Source: an uncultured bacterium
GTDB taxonomy: Bacteria; Electryoneota; Tariuqbacteria; Tariuqbacterales; Tariuqbacteraceae
Assembly (NCBI GenBank): GCA_964421875.1
Contig: CAYQZD010000004.1
Coordinates: 4,082 to 68,081, forward strand
Length of the DNA stretch: 64,000 bases
Direction of reading: 5' to 3'
Shown piece after piece: positions 1-9,231 of this stretch. Below the pieces are notes generated by a model. That model searched no databases. It was not told the origin of the DNA and saw only the letters and a program-made list of their open reading frames with translations. A program made the translations under genes and the position numbers. Each line of letters begins with the position of its first letter. The first letter of the stretch is position 1.

Positions 1-490
1 CGAACAATTGAGGGACGCGCGTGGTTTTAAACACCGCCATTGCGAAGGGAATCCAGGCGATGGGGCAGAGCGGCCGGAACATCTCCACCAAAGGATTGAC
101 CAGCCGGTGGATGATTTTAGAACTGCCCATCATCACACCCAGCGGCACGCAAATCACCACCGCTACCAGAAATCCGAACAACACCCTGACCAAAGAGACC
201 GCAATGTTCCAAGCCAGGCTCCCGGTGCCGATGAGTTCGCTGAAAGGGTGAATCAAGACACCTACTACCGCTGTCAAGCGCGGCAATAGCGCCGGATTGT
301 CCACCATACGGGCGATAATTTCCCATAGCAGGAGGAAAAGCGCGGGCAACGCCAGGCTCTGGAGGATTTTAACAAGGTTCCCGATTTCCAGTAGTTTCCC
401 GGCGCCGTTCACTCGGGCTTGATCCAAAGTGATCGGACAACAGCATTCCGGCGCTGGCGTAACCGCGCTATCTTCTTCTCTTAGCGACAT
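1..490 (-). CDS. ABC transporter permease (binding-protein-dependent inner membrane component), partial; C-terminus lies beyond the left edge
   Basis: Minus-strand frame reads MSLREEDSAVTPAPECCCPITLDQARVNGAGKLLEIGNLVKILQSLALPALFLLLWEIIARMVDNPALLPRLTAVVGVLIHPFSELIGTGSLAWNIAVSLVRVLFGFLVAVVICVPLGVMMGSSKIIHRLVNPLVEMFRPLCPIAWIPFAMAVF..., a typical TauC/SsuC-like permease N-terminus. ATG at 490-488 overlaps the stop of the upstream SBP gene. Not in the ORF table because it runs off the window. Confidence 0.6.
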   Translation of the reverse strand, partial: MSLREEDSAVTPAPECCCPITLDQARVNGAGKLLEIGNLVKILQSLALPALFLLLWEIIARMVDNPALLPRLTAVVGVLIHPFSELIGTGSLAWNIAVSLVRVLFGFLVAVVICVPLGVMMGSSKIIHRLVNPLVEMFRPLCPIAWIPFAMAVFKTTRVPQLF

Positions 491-1613
491 TGGCGCGCGC
501 TTCCTTGATTAGCGACAGGTCGAGGAGGGTGTCGCAGATTTCTTTATCGCTTTTTTTATGCAGGCTGCCCTTGATATGACCCAGGTCATCCATCGCCTTC
601 GCCCAGGTGCAAATCCCCTGAAGCCACTTCTCGTCCGGGTCGGTGGAATAGCCGGAAGTGGGGATGGAGTTCTCTTCCACCGCGATGGAAGTGCCTATCC
701 ATTTGGAAGCGGATTGGACGGCGATATCCTGATCCCGGTTCATATAGTCGGTGGCGATTACGATGAGTTCGAGGAATTTAACCACCTGCTTCCGTTTCTC
801 CTTGACCACATCGTTCATCGCTCCGATACAGCAGCAGGGGTGGTCTTTCCACAATCCCGGCGGCAGGTCGTTCAAGTCGGCGATACACTTGCCGATATTC
901 TTCTCCTCCGCCAGGGCGCAGAAGGGATTGTTGCAGACATAGGCGTCGATGATGCCGTCCCGCAGACCGGGATTGAGCTGCTTGGCGCCTTTCATATTCA
1001 CCAGCAGCACGTCAGCCTTGGTGTTCTTGGCGTCATAGGTGTAATCGATACCCTCGTGGTCCATCGCCGCCTGGAATATCAGGAGGGCGATGGCTTTTGG
1101 TGCTTTGAAACCGACCTTGACCGGGGCGTCGCATTTTTTCACATAATCGACAAAGCCCTTCCAGTCGGTGGTTTTATCCCGGAGATTCTTCCCCACCACC
1201 AGCATATCGCCTTTGTTGTGAAGCGGCGAGATGATTTTCATCGGAGTTCCCTTGTCGGTAAAAAAAGCCACCGCCGCCACCCCTCCAAAGCCGACGTCGA
1301 AGGTTCCCTGCGCCATAGCGGTGGGCATTTTGGAACCGCCGCCGGCTTTGTAAAGCTCCAATTCACAAATTAGTTTTTTCCCGTCGTAGAGTTCGTAAAG
1401 CGTTTTAGGGCGGACCTCCTTAAGGTAGATACCATAGTCCTTCTTGAACATATCGCCGTTCAAGGCGGCGACATAGAGAGCGGTGTGGTGGTCGTGCCCC
1501 ACATGCCCCACTTTCAACACCGGCGTTTTCTTACAGAAACCGGCGATTGGGGACATCACGGCAATGAGCGCTGCCAGAGCGGCGAACGCAAGGATTTTGG
1601 GTAGTTTTTGCAT
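468..1613 (-). CDS. ABC transporter substrate-binding lipoprotein, NMT1/THI5-like (nitrate/sulfonate/taurine SBP family)
   Basis: 381 aa. Signal peptide with lipobox (IAGFC). Overall SBP-like composition with an HVGHDHH motif. Directly upstream of, and overlapping, the permease gene. Confidence 0.65.
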   Translation of the reverse strand: MQKLPKILAFAALAALIAVMSPIAGFCKKTPVLKVGHVGHDHHTALYVAALNGDMFKKDYGIYLKEVRPKTLYELYDGKKLICELELYKAGGGSKMPTAMAQGTFDVGFGGVAAVAFFTDKGTPMKIISPLHNKGDMLVVGKNLRDKTTDWKGFVDYVKKCDAPVKVGFKAPKAIALLIFQAAMDHEGIDYTYDAKNTKADVLLVNMKGAKQLNPGLRDGIIDAYVCNNPFCALAEEKNIGKCIADLNDLPPGLWKDHPCCCIGAMNDVVKEKRKQVVKFLELIVIATDYMNRDQDIAVQSASKWIGTSIAVEENSIPTSGYSTDPDEKWLQGICTWAKAMDDLGHIKGSLHKKSDKEICDTLLDLSLIKEARANVAKRRR

Positions 1614-2080
1614 AGAGACCTCTCAAAATTAGATGCACCAGGTTATTTAGGGAAACGCTATTTTTAAACCGCTAACCGGCTGAAAAAGCCGCGATAACAG
1701 GCTTTTGTGCGGATATGCTGAATCCTGGACGCACTAAGAGAGACCGCCCGCAAGCGAAGCTTGTAAGTTTGCAATAGGTTGAATGAAAAGTGGCGATGCG
1801 AATACGGGGGTTGAGGGGAATTCGAGGTTGGAGCCTTTGGCGAGGGTACTAAATCACCGTATAAGACAGGTGACACAACCAGCAAATCCACCGGACAACG
1901 CCCTTTTCGTGGTTTCGCCTTTCAACCAGCTACACTGGCTTAGCCGGGCGCGTCATGTGGATTTTAATAAAAACAAGCGCATATGCGTTCAATTGGTGTT
2001 TTGATTATACTAATTTACGAAATATATGTCTTTTTAGTATAAGATGCAATAAATTGTGCAACTTTTTTTTGGGAAGAAAT

Positions 2081-2139
2081 GATGGTTGGTAATCGGCAGT
2101 CGGCAGTCGGTGGTTGGTAGTCGGTAGTTGGTAGTTGGC
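2081..2139. repeat. tandem heptamer repeat (GGYRGTY x ~8: GATGGTT GGTAATC GGCAGTC GGCAGTC GGTGGTT GGTAGTC GGTAGTT GGTAGTT)
   Basis: Direct reading; strict 7-nt periodicity. Lies just 3' of the stop of minus-strand gene 2155-3477. Confidence 0.8.
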
Positions 2140-2154
2140 ATATAAGGTGGAATC

Positions 2155-3477
2155 TCATTCCACCGTTCTTGTCCGCAAATTCAGGAGGCCGGCGCAGTAT
2201 TTTAATTCTTCGGCAATATCGGCGAAGGCGCAGACCAAATGGTTGCCGAGCAGGTTTTCCCGCAGCCTTTTGCTGGAAGGGATATTTACACGGATTTGGG
2301 TGTGGCAGGTGGGCAGTCGTGGGGAGGAGACTGTCTCGCCGGGGCAAATGCAGATATCATTCAGGTCGTTGCCGATGCGGACGAGGGTAACGATTTCCTT
2401 TAGAGGCAGGGAGACCTGAAGCGAAATCCCCGCGCCGGTCTCGTGGTGAGGCTTAAAGCTATAATCCAGCTTCCTCGGACCCGCCCCGCAGGGAGCGGTG
2501 CAGTGCACTAAATCGAGGTAATCCCCATTGTGAATAATGGGATTCCCCATCCAGAGCAGGTTCCCTCCCAACGCTTTCACCAAAGACATCGTTACAGCGG
2601 CATCAACGTCGCCTTCGCAGGCGGCGATGTAGCGCTCCGAACGGTTCAACGCGCTAAGCGCCAAACATCCCGTAGTCCCCAACCGCGGTATAAGGTCGAA
2701 GCAGGCGAGTGCGAGCCCTTCCGCCTCATACTCCTCCAGCAGTTTCTCCAGCCCGTATAAGACTGCGCAGGCTTTGGTTACGGTTTGCGTGTCGATACTT
2801 TTATTTCCGGAGCCGCCCTCAATCCAGGAGCGGGCGCATCGCGCGGTTTCGGATTGGGGAGCCTCGGCGACTATATCGTAAAGCTCTTCCAAAGCGAGGG
2901 GAAGGATTTCCACGCCTAAGGCTTCTTTGAAACGCTCCGGCTCCCGGCAGCTATTGACCACCCAGGGTTCCGTGGGACCTATCTGCAGAATTCTGCTGTG
3001 ATTCAGGCGCTGAACAGATCGAAATGCTTTACTATAACAGCGCCATTCAACCTCGCTTCCTATCCAGAACACCTTCCGATGTCTCATCCTGAGATGCGCG
3101 TAGAAATCCGTCGAAGCGGGGTGGGCGTTGGCTGAGAGCAGCGCTCCGGCGGTTTCTTCGGGCAAGCCGATTTCCGGGAGGTAAGCGTTGAGCAAAGCTA
3201 TCGATTTGAAATTTTCCGACAGCCGAATCATCCAATTCTGCACTCCCCCGCTGAGCGGCAGGAAAACAGCGTGTTTAGCGCCGGACTGGGAACAGGCAGC
3301 TTCCATCTCATCGTCGGAATGAATTAGATGGAAACGGAGGTTCTCTCCATCTTCCCCCTCGATTATTGCAGAAAATGAGCGCTTAATAACCTCCAGCAAA
3401 CGATTCAATTTGCTTTCCTCGCCCCAGTATCGCGGGGAAGCGAAGGCAAATATATCAAGGGGATATGACGATGGCAT
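2155..3477 (-). CDS. sugar isomerase-like protein (tentatively L-fucose/L-arabinose isomerase family); function uncertain
   Basis: ORF 2155-3510. Preferred ATG at 3477 sits behind an AGGA RBS. About 440 aa with no signal peptide. Family assignment rests on weak recall of fucose-isomerase C-terminal-like motifs (LVHCTAPCGAGPRKLDY). Confidence 0.3.
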   Translation of the reverse strand: MPSSYPLDIFAFASPRYWGEESKLNRLLEVIKRSFSAIIEGEDGENLRFHLIHSDDEMEAACSQSGAKHAVFLPLSGGVQNWMIRLSENFKSIALLNAYLPEIGLPEETAGALLSANAHPASTDFYAHLRMRHRKVFWIGSEVEWRCYSKAFRSVQRLNHSRILQIGPTEPWVVNSCREPERFKEALGVEILPLALEELYDIVAEAPQSETARCARSWIEGGSGNKSIDTQTVTKACAVLYGLEKLLEEYEAEGLALACFDLIPRLGTTGCLALSALNRSERYIAACEGDVDAAVTMSLVKALGGNLLWMGNPIIHNGDYLDLVHCTAPCGAGPRKLDYSFKPHHETGAGISLQVSLPLKEIVTLVRIGNDLNDICICPGETVSSPRLPTCHTQIRVNIPSSKRLRENLLGNHLVCAFADIAEELKYCAGLLNLRTRTVE

Positions 3478-3497
3478 AGTTGTCCTGTATATAAGTT

Positions 3498-3527
3498 TGC
3501 AGGTTGGCAAGTTAGCAAGTTAGCATT
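3498..3527. repeat. tandem octamer repeat (GTTGGCAA GTTAGCAA GTTAGCAT)
   Basis: Direct reading, between genes 3477 and 3874. Confidence 0.6.
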
Positions 3528-3641
3528 AAATGCAGGGCGGGTCATTCAGATCCGCCATTTAAATGTTCCGGCAGGTCTTGCGCGCTGAAGGCGGGTGTGA
3601 ACTGCCAGTCTTCAAGTCTTCAGACCGTATGAATTTAGCTT

Positions 3642-3752
3642 TATGAAGTTATAAGCAGAATTGTCATTCCGGCGTAGCCGGAATCCCTCCGGAAAAGAAG
3701 GATTCTGGCTCGCTGCGCGGCCAGAATGACGCGTTTACTTCATATCGGTAAA
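3642..3752. repeat. MITE-like palindromic element, copy A (~110 bp: outer TATGAAGT...ACTTCATA inverted repeat; inner GTCATTCCGGCG-CAG/TAG-CCGGAATCC ... GGATTCTGGCTCGC..GCGGCCAGAATGAC double hairpin; tail CTTCATATCGGTAAAGTGT)
   Basis: Direct reading. Copies at 9069, 17947, 32155, 35150 and 63148 share 70-100% of this sequence. Confidence 0.8.
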
Positions 3753-3801
3753 GTGTCACGGCAAGTCAAAACATTTTATACAGGTGTACAAGCAAACACC
3801 C

Positions 3802-3860
3802 GGCGGAATAAGATTCCGCCCTACTATCTACCGACCGCCGACTACCAACTACCGACTGCC
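3802..3860. repeat. hairpin GGCGGAAT-aag-ATTCCGCC, then CTA, then tandem heptamers (CTACCGA CCGCCGA CTACCAA CTACCGA CTGCC), immediately 3' of the stop of minus-strand gene 3874-6186
   Basis: Direct reading. The same hairpin sequence recurs at 6282-6300. Confidence 0.8.
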
Positions 3861-3873
3861 TGTCTCCCGCCCT

Positions 3874-6186
3874 TCACTTCAATTCAAGTTCATCCCGCCA
3901 ATACCGGGCTTTGCCCACGCCATACTGGTCGGAACTGCCGTCGAAGGCGAGTCCGAACAGCGAGGGGGCTTGCTCGAAGATGACCTGACCGTTATAAACC
4001 GCTTTTGAAACGTTGACCACGGTGAATTTCAGCCGCTTCCCCGTCCTGACGGTGAAGTAAAAGTCGGCGTTGGTTTCCAAACCGCCGTAAACGATGCGGC
4101 CGGATTCGTAGGTGTATTTGGGGCGGCGGTAATCGCGTACTATGTCCATCCTGAGGTCGCTTTTGAGGCCCACTTTGATGATCTTACCGGAACATTCAAT
4201 TGTTAAAGCCAATCCCGCGTCAAGGGGCTGAGTTTCTAACACGCTAATGCGGTCGAGCCAGCGCGAAGGATTTTCATCCGCCGGATGGGGGATTAAAACC
4301 GTAATGAAACCTATATGCTGGCCGAGTTCGAAATGCTGGGCGGTATACTGGCAGATAGCGTATTCATCCTGATAGTAACGGCGCTCTGGTTCGACCGACT
4401 CGAAGCGGTAATGAGTCTGCGGGAAGTATATCAGTAAACTGTTATCAGTGTCAAGTCCGATGTTCCTCAAAGAATCGTATTGGGTGTCGTACCAATGGTC
4501 TCCTTGCGCGGTAATTTTCCGGGTGTGCCAGAGGTTGGCGGCGGTAAGATAACCTTCCCGGACAGCTTTCAGAATGTCGAAGACGACGAACATTTCGGGA
4601 TTCTTAATATAAACAATCACCCGGTCCCATTGATAGCCCATTTTGTCGTCGAGGAGGCGGGTGCGGGAGTAATCGAATTCCTCAAAGGTGAGGAAATCCA
4701 CTTTTTGGGTGCGGACCTGCCGGTAAGAGCCGGCGTTGCGCATAAATTCCAATACCGGCTGACCCGGAACCGCGGAATGTTCCTTGGTGTCTAAACGGTA
4801 TTCCCCTTCTTTCTGACCAAACCAGATTTTTTCAGGGCGCACACAGAGCCGGTTGTGGAAATAATCGGCGCGGTAAGCCCCGTAAGGCCCCGATGGCATA
4901 TAGTCGCGGTAACCCCCATCGTGGAGCAGGACAGAGCCTTTGTGCATCAGCAGGGCGATGGAATTTTCATCGGAATGGCCGTGTGTCATCTTCTCCTCTT
5001 CCACCGGAATGCCGTCCCGGAGGTAATCGCGGAAGAGCAGACCTCCGTCCCCCTCGTCCCGGTAGTTGAGCAGCATATAGGTCGCTTCACTATCCCAGCC
5101 ATTGCGGAAAACGATTTTCTTACCCTGCACATCCTCCATCACCTCCATGCTCAATTCCTCCGGCGCCTGGGGGATAATATCGTCCGCCGCCCAGTTGTAA
5201 CAGTCGAACAGGATATAAGCTAACCCGGTGCGCCGGACCTGGCTGAAGTCGATGAATTTATCGGCAATGACCGCCGCCGCCCATTTTAAACGGGCGTCGC
5301 GGTAATGCGCCGCAGCGGCTTCAAAGAAGGCGAGAAAGCGGTCCCAGTTGGCGCGCCAGACCGAGTCGCCGAAATCCGGTATCATCCCGTCGGGGCACAT
5401 CAGATAAAGGTAGTATTGCGCGTAGTAATACATTTCCGGAGTTCTGAATAATTCCCTCATCCGCTCTTTGACCTCGGCGTACCCCAGCAGGCTGTAAAGC
5501 CAGATAGCGTTGTAGAGGGAGGCGTCCTCGATTTCCCAATTGCCCCAGTTGTCGAAAGCCAGGGCGCGTTCATAAGCGCGCCAGTTAGGAGCGCGGGGAT
5601 GGTCAGGGAGGGCTTTCACCGCCCAGGCGAGGACTTCGGCGCGCAAGGCGGCGCGGTTCATTGCCCCCCATTCCTGGGACTGCAGGGTATAATCGATGCT
5701 GTGGGCGATGGTCTCTTCTATCTTTTTCCGCTGGGATTTGCTCAAGAGCCCGGATTCCTTCAAGACGCAGTAAGCGCGGATATAGCGCATCGCGGTAAAG
5801 AAATCGGGCAGGGCGGGAACGCCTTGCGTATAATCAGGGCGGAGGGCGGCGGCGTCCGGGGGGAATTCCCGGCGGTAACCGCCGTAGGTGAGCAGAACCT
5901 TTTCCGCGCGGCGGGCGTATTCCTGATTCGATTCCAGTTTATACAGTTCAGCGTAGATGGCAGCCATTTCCAGAAATCGGGATGGTGGGCGGTATCCCCA
6001 GATGGTGTAGGGATTGAATTTTTCGCGCCATGCCTCTTCCAGGGAATCGTAATGTGTCCAGACCCAGCCGGCGGCGGCGCGGGCGAATTCGAGGTATTCC
6101 GCGCGGGGAGTGGGCGCGGGATTTTCCGCTGTTGCGATGGATGATAGCAGCAGTATAATGATAATAATCATCAGTGTATTTCGCAT
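3874..6186 (-). CDS. secreted polysaccharide-lyase-like protein, tentatively heparinase II/III family
   Basis: 770 aa. N-terminal signal peptide (MRNTLMIIIIILLLSSIATA). A large alpha-helical N-terminal half is followed by a beta-rich C-terminal half containing an HGHSD motif. Size and architecture fit a Hepar_II_III-like lyase. Confidence 0.4.
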   Translation of the reverse strand: MRNTLMIIIIILLLSSIATAENPAPTPRAEYLEFARAAAGWVWTHYDSLEEAWREKFNPYTIWGYRPPSRFLEMAAIYAELYKLESNQEYARRAEKVLLTYGGYRREFPPDAAALRPDYTQGVPALPDFFTAMRYIRAYCVLKESGLLSKSQRKKIEETIAHSIDYTLQSQEWGAMNRAALRAEVLAWAVKALPDHPRAPNWRAYERALAFDNWGNWEIEDASLYNAIWLYSLLGYAEVKERMRELFRTPEMYYYAQYYLYLMCPDGMIPDFGDSVWRANWDRFLAFFEAAAAHYRDARLKWAAAVIADKFIDFSQVRRTGLAYILFDCYNWAADDIIPQAPEELSMEVMEDVQGKKIVFRNGWDSEATYMLLNYRDEGDGGLLFRDYLRDGIPVEEEKMTHGHSDENSIALLMHKGSVLLHDGGYRDYMPSGPYGAYRADYFHNRLCVRPEKIWFGQKEGEYRLDTKEHSAVPGQPVLEFMRNAGSYRQVRTQKVDFLTFEEFDYSRTRLLDDKMGYQWDRVIVYIKNPEMFVVFDILKAVREGYLTAANLWHTRKITAQGDHWYDTQYDSLRNIGLDTDNSLLIYFPQTHYRFESVEPERRYYQDEYAICQYTAQHFELGQHIGFITVLIPHPADENPSRWLDRISVLETQPLDAGLALTIECSGKIIKVGLKSDLRMDIVRDYRRPKYTYESGRIVYGGLETNADFYFTVRTGKRLKFTVVNVSKAVYNGQVIFEQAPSLFGLAFDGSSDQYGVGKARYWRDELELK

Positions 6187-6281
6187 TATATTCGGTTTCT
6201 CCGATTTAAATTCGATAAAGTCATCAAGTCAACAAGTCGGCAGTTCGACGAGTCCCCCGCTCGAAGACCACCCTCTTTTCG

Positions 6282-6366
6282 GCGGAATGAGATTCCGCCC
6301 TACAAGCCACCAAGCACCAAGCACCAAGCACCAAGCACCAAGCACCAAGCACCAAGCACCAAGCAC
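6282..6366. repeat. hairpin GGCGGAAT-gag-ATTCCGCC, then CTA, then (CAAGCAC/CCAAGCA) x 8 tandem heptamers, immediately 3' of the stop of minus-strand gene 6378-6824
   Basis: Direct reading; eight perfect copies of CACCAAG. Confidence 0.85.
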
Positions 6367-6377
6367 TATTCACCAGT

Positions 6378-6824
6378 TCACCGCTTCACCGCCACCATCA
6401 TAATTTCCACCAGAGCGTCGGCGGGGATACGGGACACTTCAAGCACGGCGCGAGCAGGATAATCCCCTTTGAAAAATTCGGTGTAGATGGTGTTGAATTC
6501 GGGATAGCGCTCCATATCGTTCACAAAAACCTGGCACTGGACCACGTCATTCAGGCTGAAGCCGGCGGTTTCGAGGACTGCTTGCTGGTTTTTCAGCGCC
6601 TGGCGGGCTTGAGCGGCGAAGCCTTCGGCCAGTTTGCCGGTGGCGGGGTCGAGGCCTATTTGTCCGGCGAGGTAGAGGGTGTTCCCCACCCTGACAGCCT
6701 GGGAATAGGGACCGATGGCGGCGGGCGCATTGGGCGATACGATGATTTCGCGGGATACGACCTCCCGCTCGTCGCAACTATAAATTAAAAGTGAGGCAAC
6801 AAATATGGGAATAAGTCTATTCAT
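6378..6824 (-). CDS. ridA: RidA/YjgF/TdcF family protein (reactive enamine/imine deaminase) with lipoprotein signal
   Basis: 148 aa. Lipobox LIYSC. Motifs AIGPYSQAV and YPARAVLEVSRIP are characteristic of RidA. Confidence 0.8.
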   Translation of the reverse strand: MNRLIPIFVASLLIYSCDEREVVSREIIVSPNAPAAIGPYSQAVRVGNTLYLAGQIGLDPATGKLAEGFAAQARQALKNQQAVLETAGFSLNDVVQCQVFVNDMERYPEFNTIYTEFFKGDYPARAVLEVSRIPADALVEIMMVAVKR

Positions 6825-7129
6825 ATAATAGTCCTCCTTAATTTTATAGATTTATTATAATGCCGGGTTTGAAAAAGCCAACCTACAGATGCGCAACAAA
6901 CCTAATGCAGCAAATTAGTTGTTTGCGCGCACGTATTTTAAATTATCACAATTATCAAAATAATCAAGAATGTAAATTAATTATCTACCTGCGATACTCA
7001 ACGATACAGCGGGAAGCTGTTTCATTCTTTCGCGGTAAAACTTGAAGATAAGGATATAATTTGTTATATTTTTCACCATCTTAACTATAAACAGAACACT
7101 TTGAGATATTCATAGACACAGGAAGCATT

Positions 7130-8737
7130 GTGAGCGACGAAAACACTCAAACAGCAGCGAAAGAGCCTAAGGGGAAACGCGTTTTTGGGCGGACTTTCTG
7201 GTGCCTCAACGGCATCGAAATGTGGGAACGGCTGGCGTATTTCGGGATGCGCAGCGTGGTTCCGGTTTACATCATGCAGGCGGACAATCCCGGAGGACTG
7301 CATTTCACAGCGGCCGATAAAGGGATAATCTACCTGTTCTGGTTTCTGTGTCAATCGGTTTTACCGATGTTCACCGGGGGGTATGCTGACAGGTACGGCT
7401 ACAAAAAAACTCTGTTCGTGTCGGTGACGATGAACATCATCGGCTACATAATGATGGCGAACCTGCGGACTTTTCCCGGTTTTTTCGCGGGAGTGCTGGT
7501 GCTGGCCTGCGGTACGGCATTATTCAAACCGAGCCTTCAGGGATCGCTGGCTCAGAACCTGACAAAGGCCAATTCCTCGGTCGGATGGGGAATATTTTAC
7601 TGGGTGGTGAACATTGGCGCGGCCATCGGACCGTTTTTAGCTGATGTGATATTGGTAAACGCTTATACTCACAATCCTGACGGATTCTTTTTCAAGATTT
7701 TTGGCGCGGTCCGTTCGCAGTCTTCCTGGCGTTCGCTGTTTACAGCATCGGCGGTGATAACCTCATTCAATTATCTGATGATGCTGACCTATAAGGACGT
7801 CCCATCGGGAGCGTCGAAGAAGGAAAATCCACTGCAGGTATTTGTCCTCACCATCAAGAATATCGTGGAACCGCGCTTGATCGCGTGGCTGCTGATTATG
7901 TCCTGCTTCTGGCTTATGATGTATCAGGTTTGGGATTTGCATCCCAATTTCATAGAGGATTGGATAGACAGTTCGGCGCTGGCGACTCATCTGCCCTGGA
8001 AAATGGAGACCGACCGCGGGGTGATGGTTCCTCAGCATATAATGCTCAATCTCAATGCGCTCTGGATAATCTGCTTCATGGTGCCGATATCCTGGATGGT
8101 CAGGCGGATGCGGGTATTGGAGTGTATGATATTCGGGATGGCGCTGGCGACAGCCGGGACTATAGTCAGCGGTTTCACCAGTGTGGGCTCGATTTTCCTT
8201 TTGGGGATAGTCTTCTTCTCCACCGGCGAGATGATGACCGGTCCTAAAAAGAACGAATACCTGGGATTGATAGCCCCTCCGGGGAAGAAAGGATTATTTT
8301 TAGGCTATGTGAACATCCCTGTGGGCATCGGAGGCGGATTCGGCGCCATGCTGGCGGGTTTGCTGTATGGACGCTACGGCGAGAAGGCGACTCTGGCGAT
8401 GAAATACATGGCTGAGAAGACGCAGTTCGGTTTGTCCAAAGGCTGGGACGGAAAAATATCTTCGCTGGAAAGCACATTGGGAGTAACGCGGTCCGGTGTG
8501 TTCGATGAAATGGGACAAATAACAGAGCCGGGAGCTTTCCATAAGCTGCTGGAGGTGTTAAGACTGGAGACCGCGAATCCGGATTTAAGCGCTGTAGAAG
8601 TTACGCGTCTGCTGTGGGACACATATAATCCGCAGTTTCACGTTTGGATTCCCTTCGCCGCCATCGGCATGATAGCCATCATTGCATTGGTGATATTCAG
8701 CCGGATGGCGCGGAAGTGGTCGGATATGGATGCGTGA
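7130..8737 (+). CDS. POT/PTR2 family proton-dependent oligopeptide transporter (MFS)
   Basis: 535 aa. GTG start with an AGGAAG RBS. N-terminal EMWERLAYFGMRS matches the POT ExxERFxYYG motif. Multiple TM segments. Confidence 0.7.
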   Translation: MSDENTQTAAKEPKGKRVFGRTFWCLNGIEMWERLAYFGMRSVVPVYIMQADNPGGLHFTAADKGIIYLFWFLCQSVLPMFTGGYADRYGYKKTLFVSVTMNIIGYIMMANLRTFPGFFAGVLVLACGTALFKPSLQGSLAQNLTKANSSVGWGIFYWVVNIGAAIGPFLADVILVNAYTHNPDGFFFKIFGAVRSQSSWRSLFTASAVITSFNYLMMLTYKDVPSGASKKENPLQVFVLTIKNIVEPRLIAWLLIMSCFWLMMYQVWDLHPNFIEDWIDSSALATHLPWKMETDRGVMVPQHIMLNLNALWIICFMVPISWMVRRMRVLECMIFGMALATAGTIVSGFTSVGSIFLLGIVFFSTGEMMTGPKKNEYLGLIAPPGKKGLFLGYVNIPVGIGGGFGAMLAGLLYGRYGEKATLAMKYMAEKTQFGLSKGWDGKISSLESTLGVTRSGVFDEMGQITEPGAFHKLLEVLRLETANPDLSAVEVTRLLWDTYNPQFHVWIPFAAIGMIAIIALVIFSRMARKWSDMDA

Positions 8738-8832
8738 TGATGGTGGTTAGTGGTTGGTGGTTGGTGGTTGGTGGTTGGTGGTTGGTGGTTGGTGAATGGT
8801 GATTGGTGGTTGGTGGATAGTGGATGGTGGTC
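8738..8832. repeat. (TGGTGGT)n-type tandem heptamer tract, ~13 units with variants (TAGTGGT, TGAATGG, TGATTGG, GGATAGT), starting at the stop codon of gene 7130-8737 and followed by a terminator hairpin
   Basis: Direct reading. Confidence 0.85.
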
Positions 8833-8882
8833 ATTGTTCAGAAGTTGATTGCTAATAATTATAGATGAGTGATAAATGTAAA

Positions 8883-8912
8883 GGCGGGAATCAATCCCGC
8901 CTTTTTTGTTTG
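8883..8912 (+). terminator. rho-independent terminator (GGCGGGAA-tcaa-TCCCGCC followed by TTTTTTGTTTG)
   Basis: Perfect 8-bp GC-rich stem followed by a T-run, downstream of the POT gene and its heptamer repeat tract. Confidence 0.7.
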
Positions 8913-9068
8913 TACTTCAGCAATCTGCGTGAATATAACTTGATTATTAAGCGAAAATACATATATTATCTGAAAATGTTGAGCGATACTAGGGAATAAT
9001 CTAAAACACGCCTCTATTTTTTCTAAAATAGGGAATATCACTATAGCCTTTACAAGCAATTACCTATA

Positions 9069-9140
9069 TCGTCATTCCGGCGCAGCCGGAATCCCTCCGG
9101 GAAAGAAGGATTCTGGCTCGCTTCGCGGCCAGAATGACGC
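9069..9140. repeat. MITE-like element copy B (core double hairpin only)
   Basis: GTCATTCCGGCGCAGCCGGAATCCCTCCGGGAAAGAAGGATTCTGGCTCGCTTCGCGGCCAGAATGACG. Confidence 0.8.
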
Positions 9141-9231
9141 TTGCGCATTGTATAGATTAAGTTATACCACATCTTGAAATTATATACGTTAACTCCATAA
9201 TATTAAACAAATTGGGGGGAGGAGATTTGAT

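Noticed and set aside
558-1373. Long antisense ORFs inside confidently called genes (for example 558-1373+, 4480-4794+, 5599-6144+, 9325-9726-, 15788-16396-, 19068-19559-, 41643-42122-, 45627-45911-)
   Set aside because: They overlap the opposite strand of better-supported coding sequences, have no RBS or family resemblance, and are the usual high-GC frame artefacts.
2169-2930. Arg-rich plus-strand ORFs (2169-2390, 2709-2930) opposite the isomerase-like gene
   Set aside because: Arg/Gly-rich translation of the GC-rich antisense strand; no start context.
6301-8832. Heptamer repeat tracts considered as a CRISPR array or as coding low-complexity tails
   Set aside because: Units are 7-8 nt with no spacers, so this is not CRISPR. 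They start at or after stop codons and different loci use different units, so they are not translated extensions.
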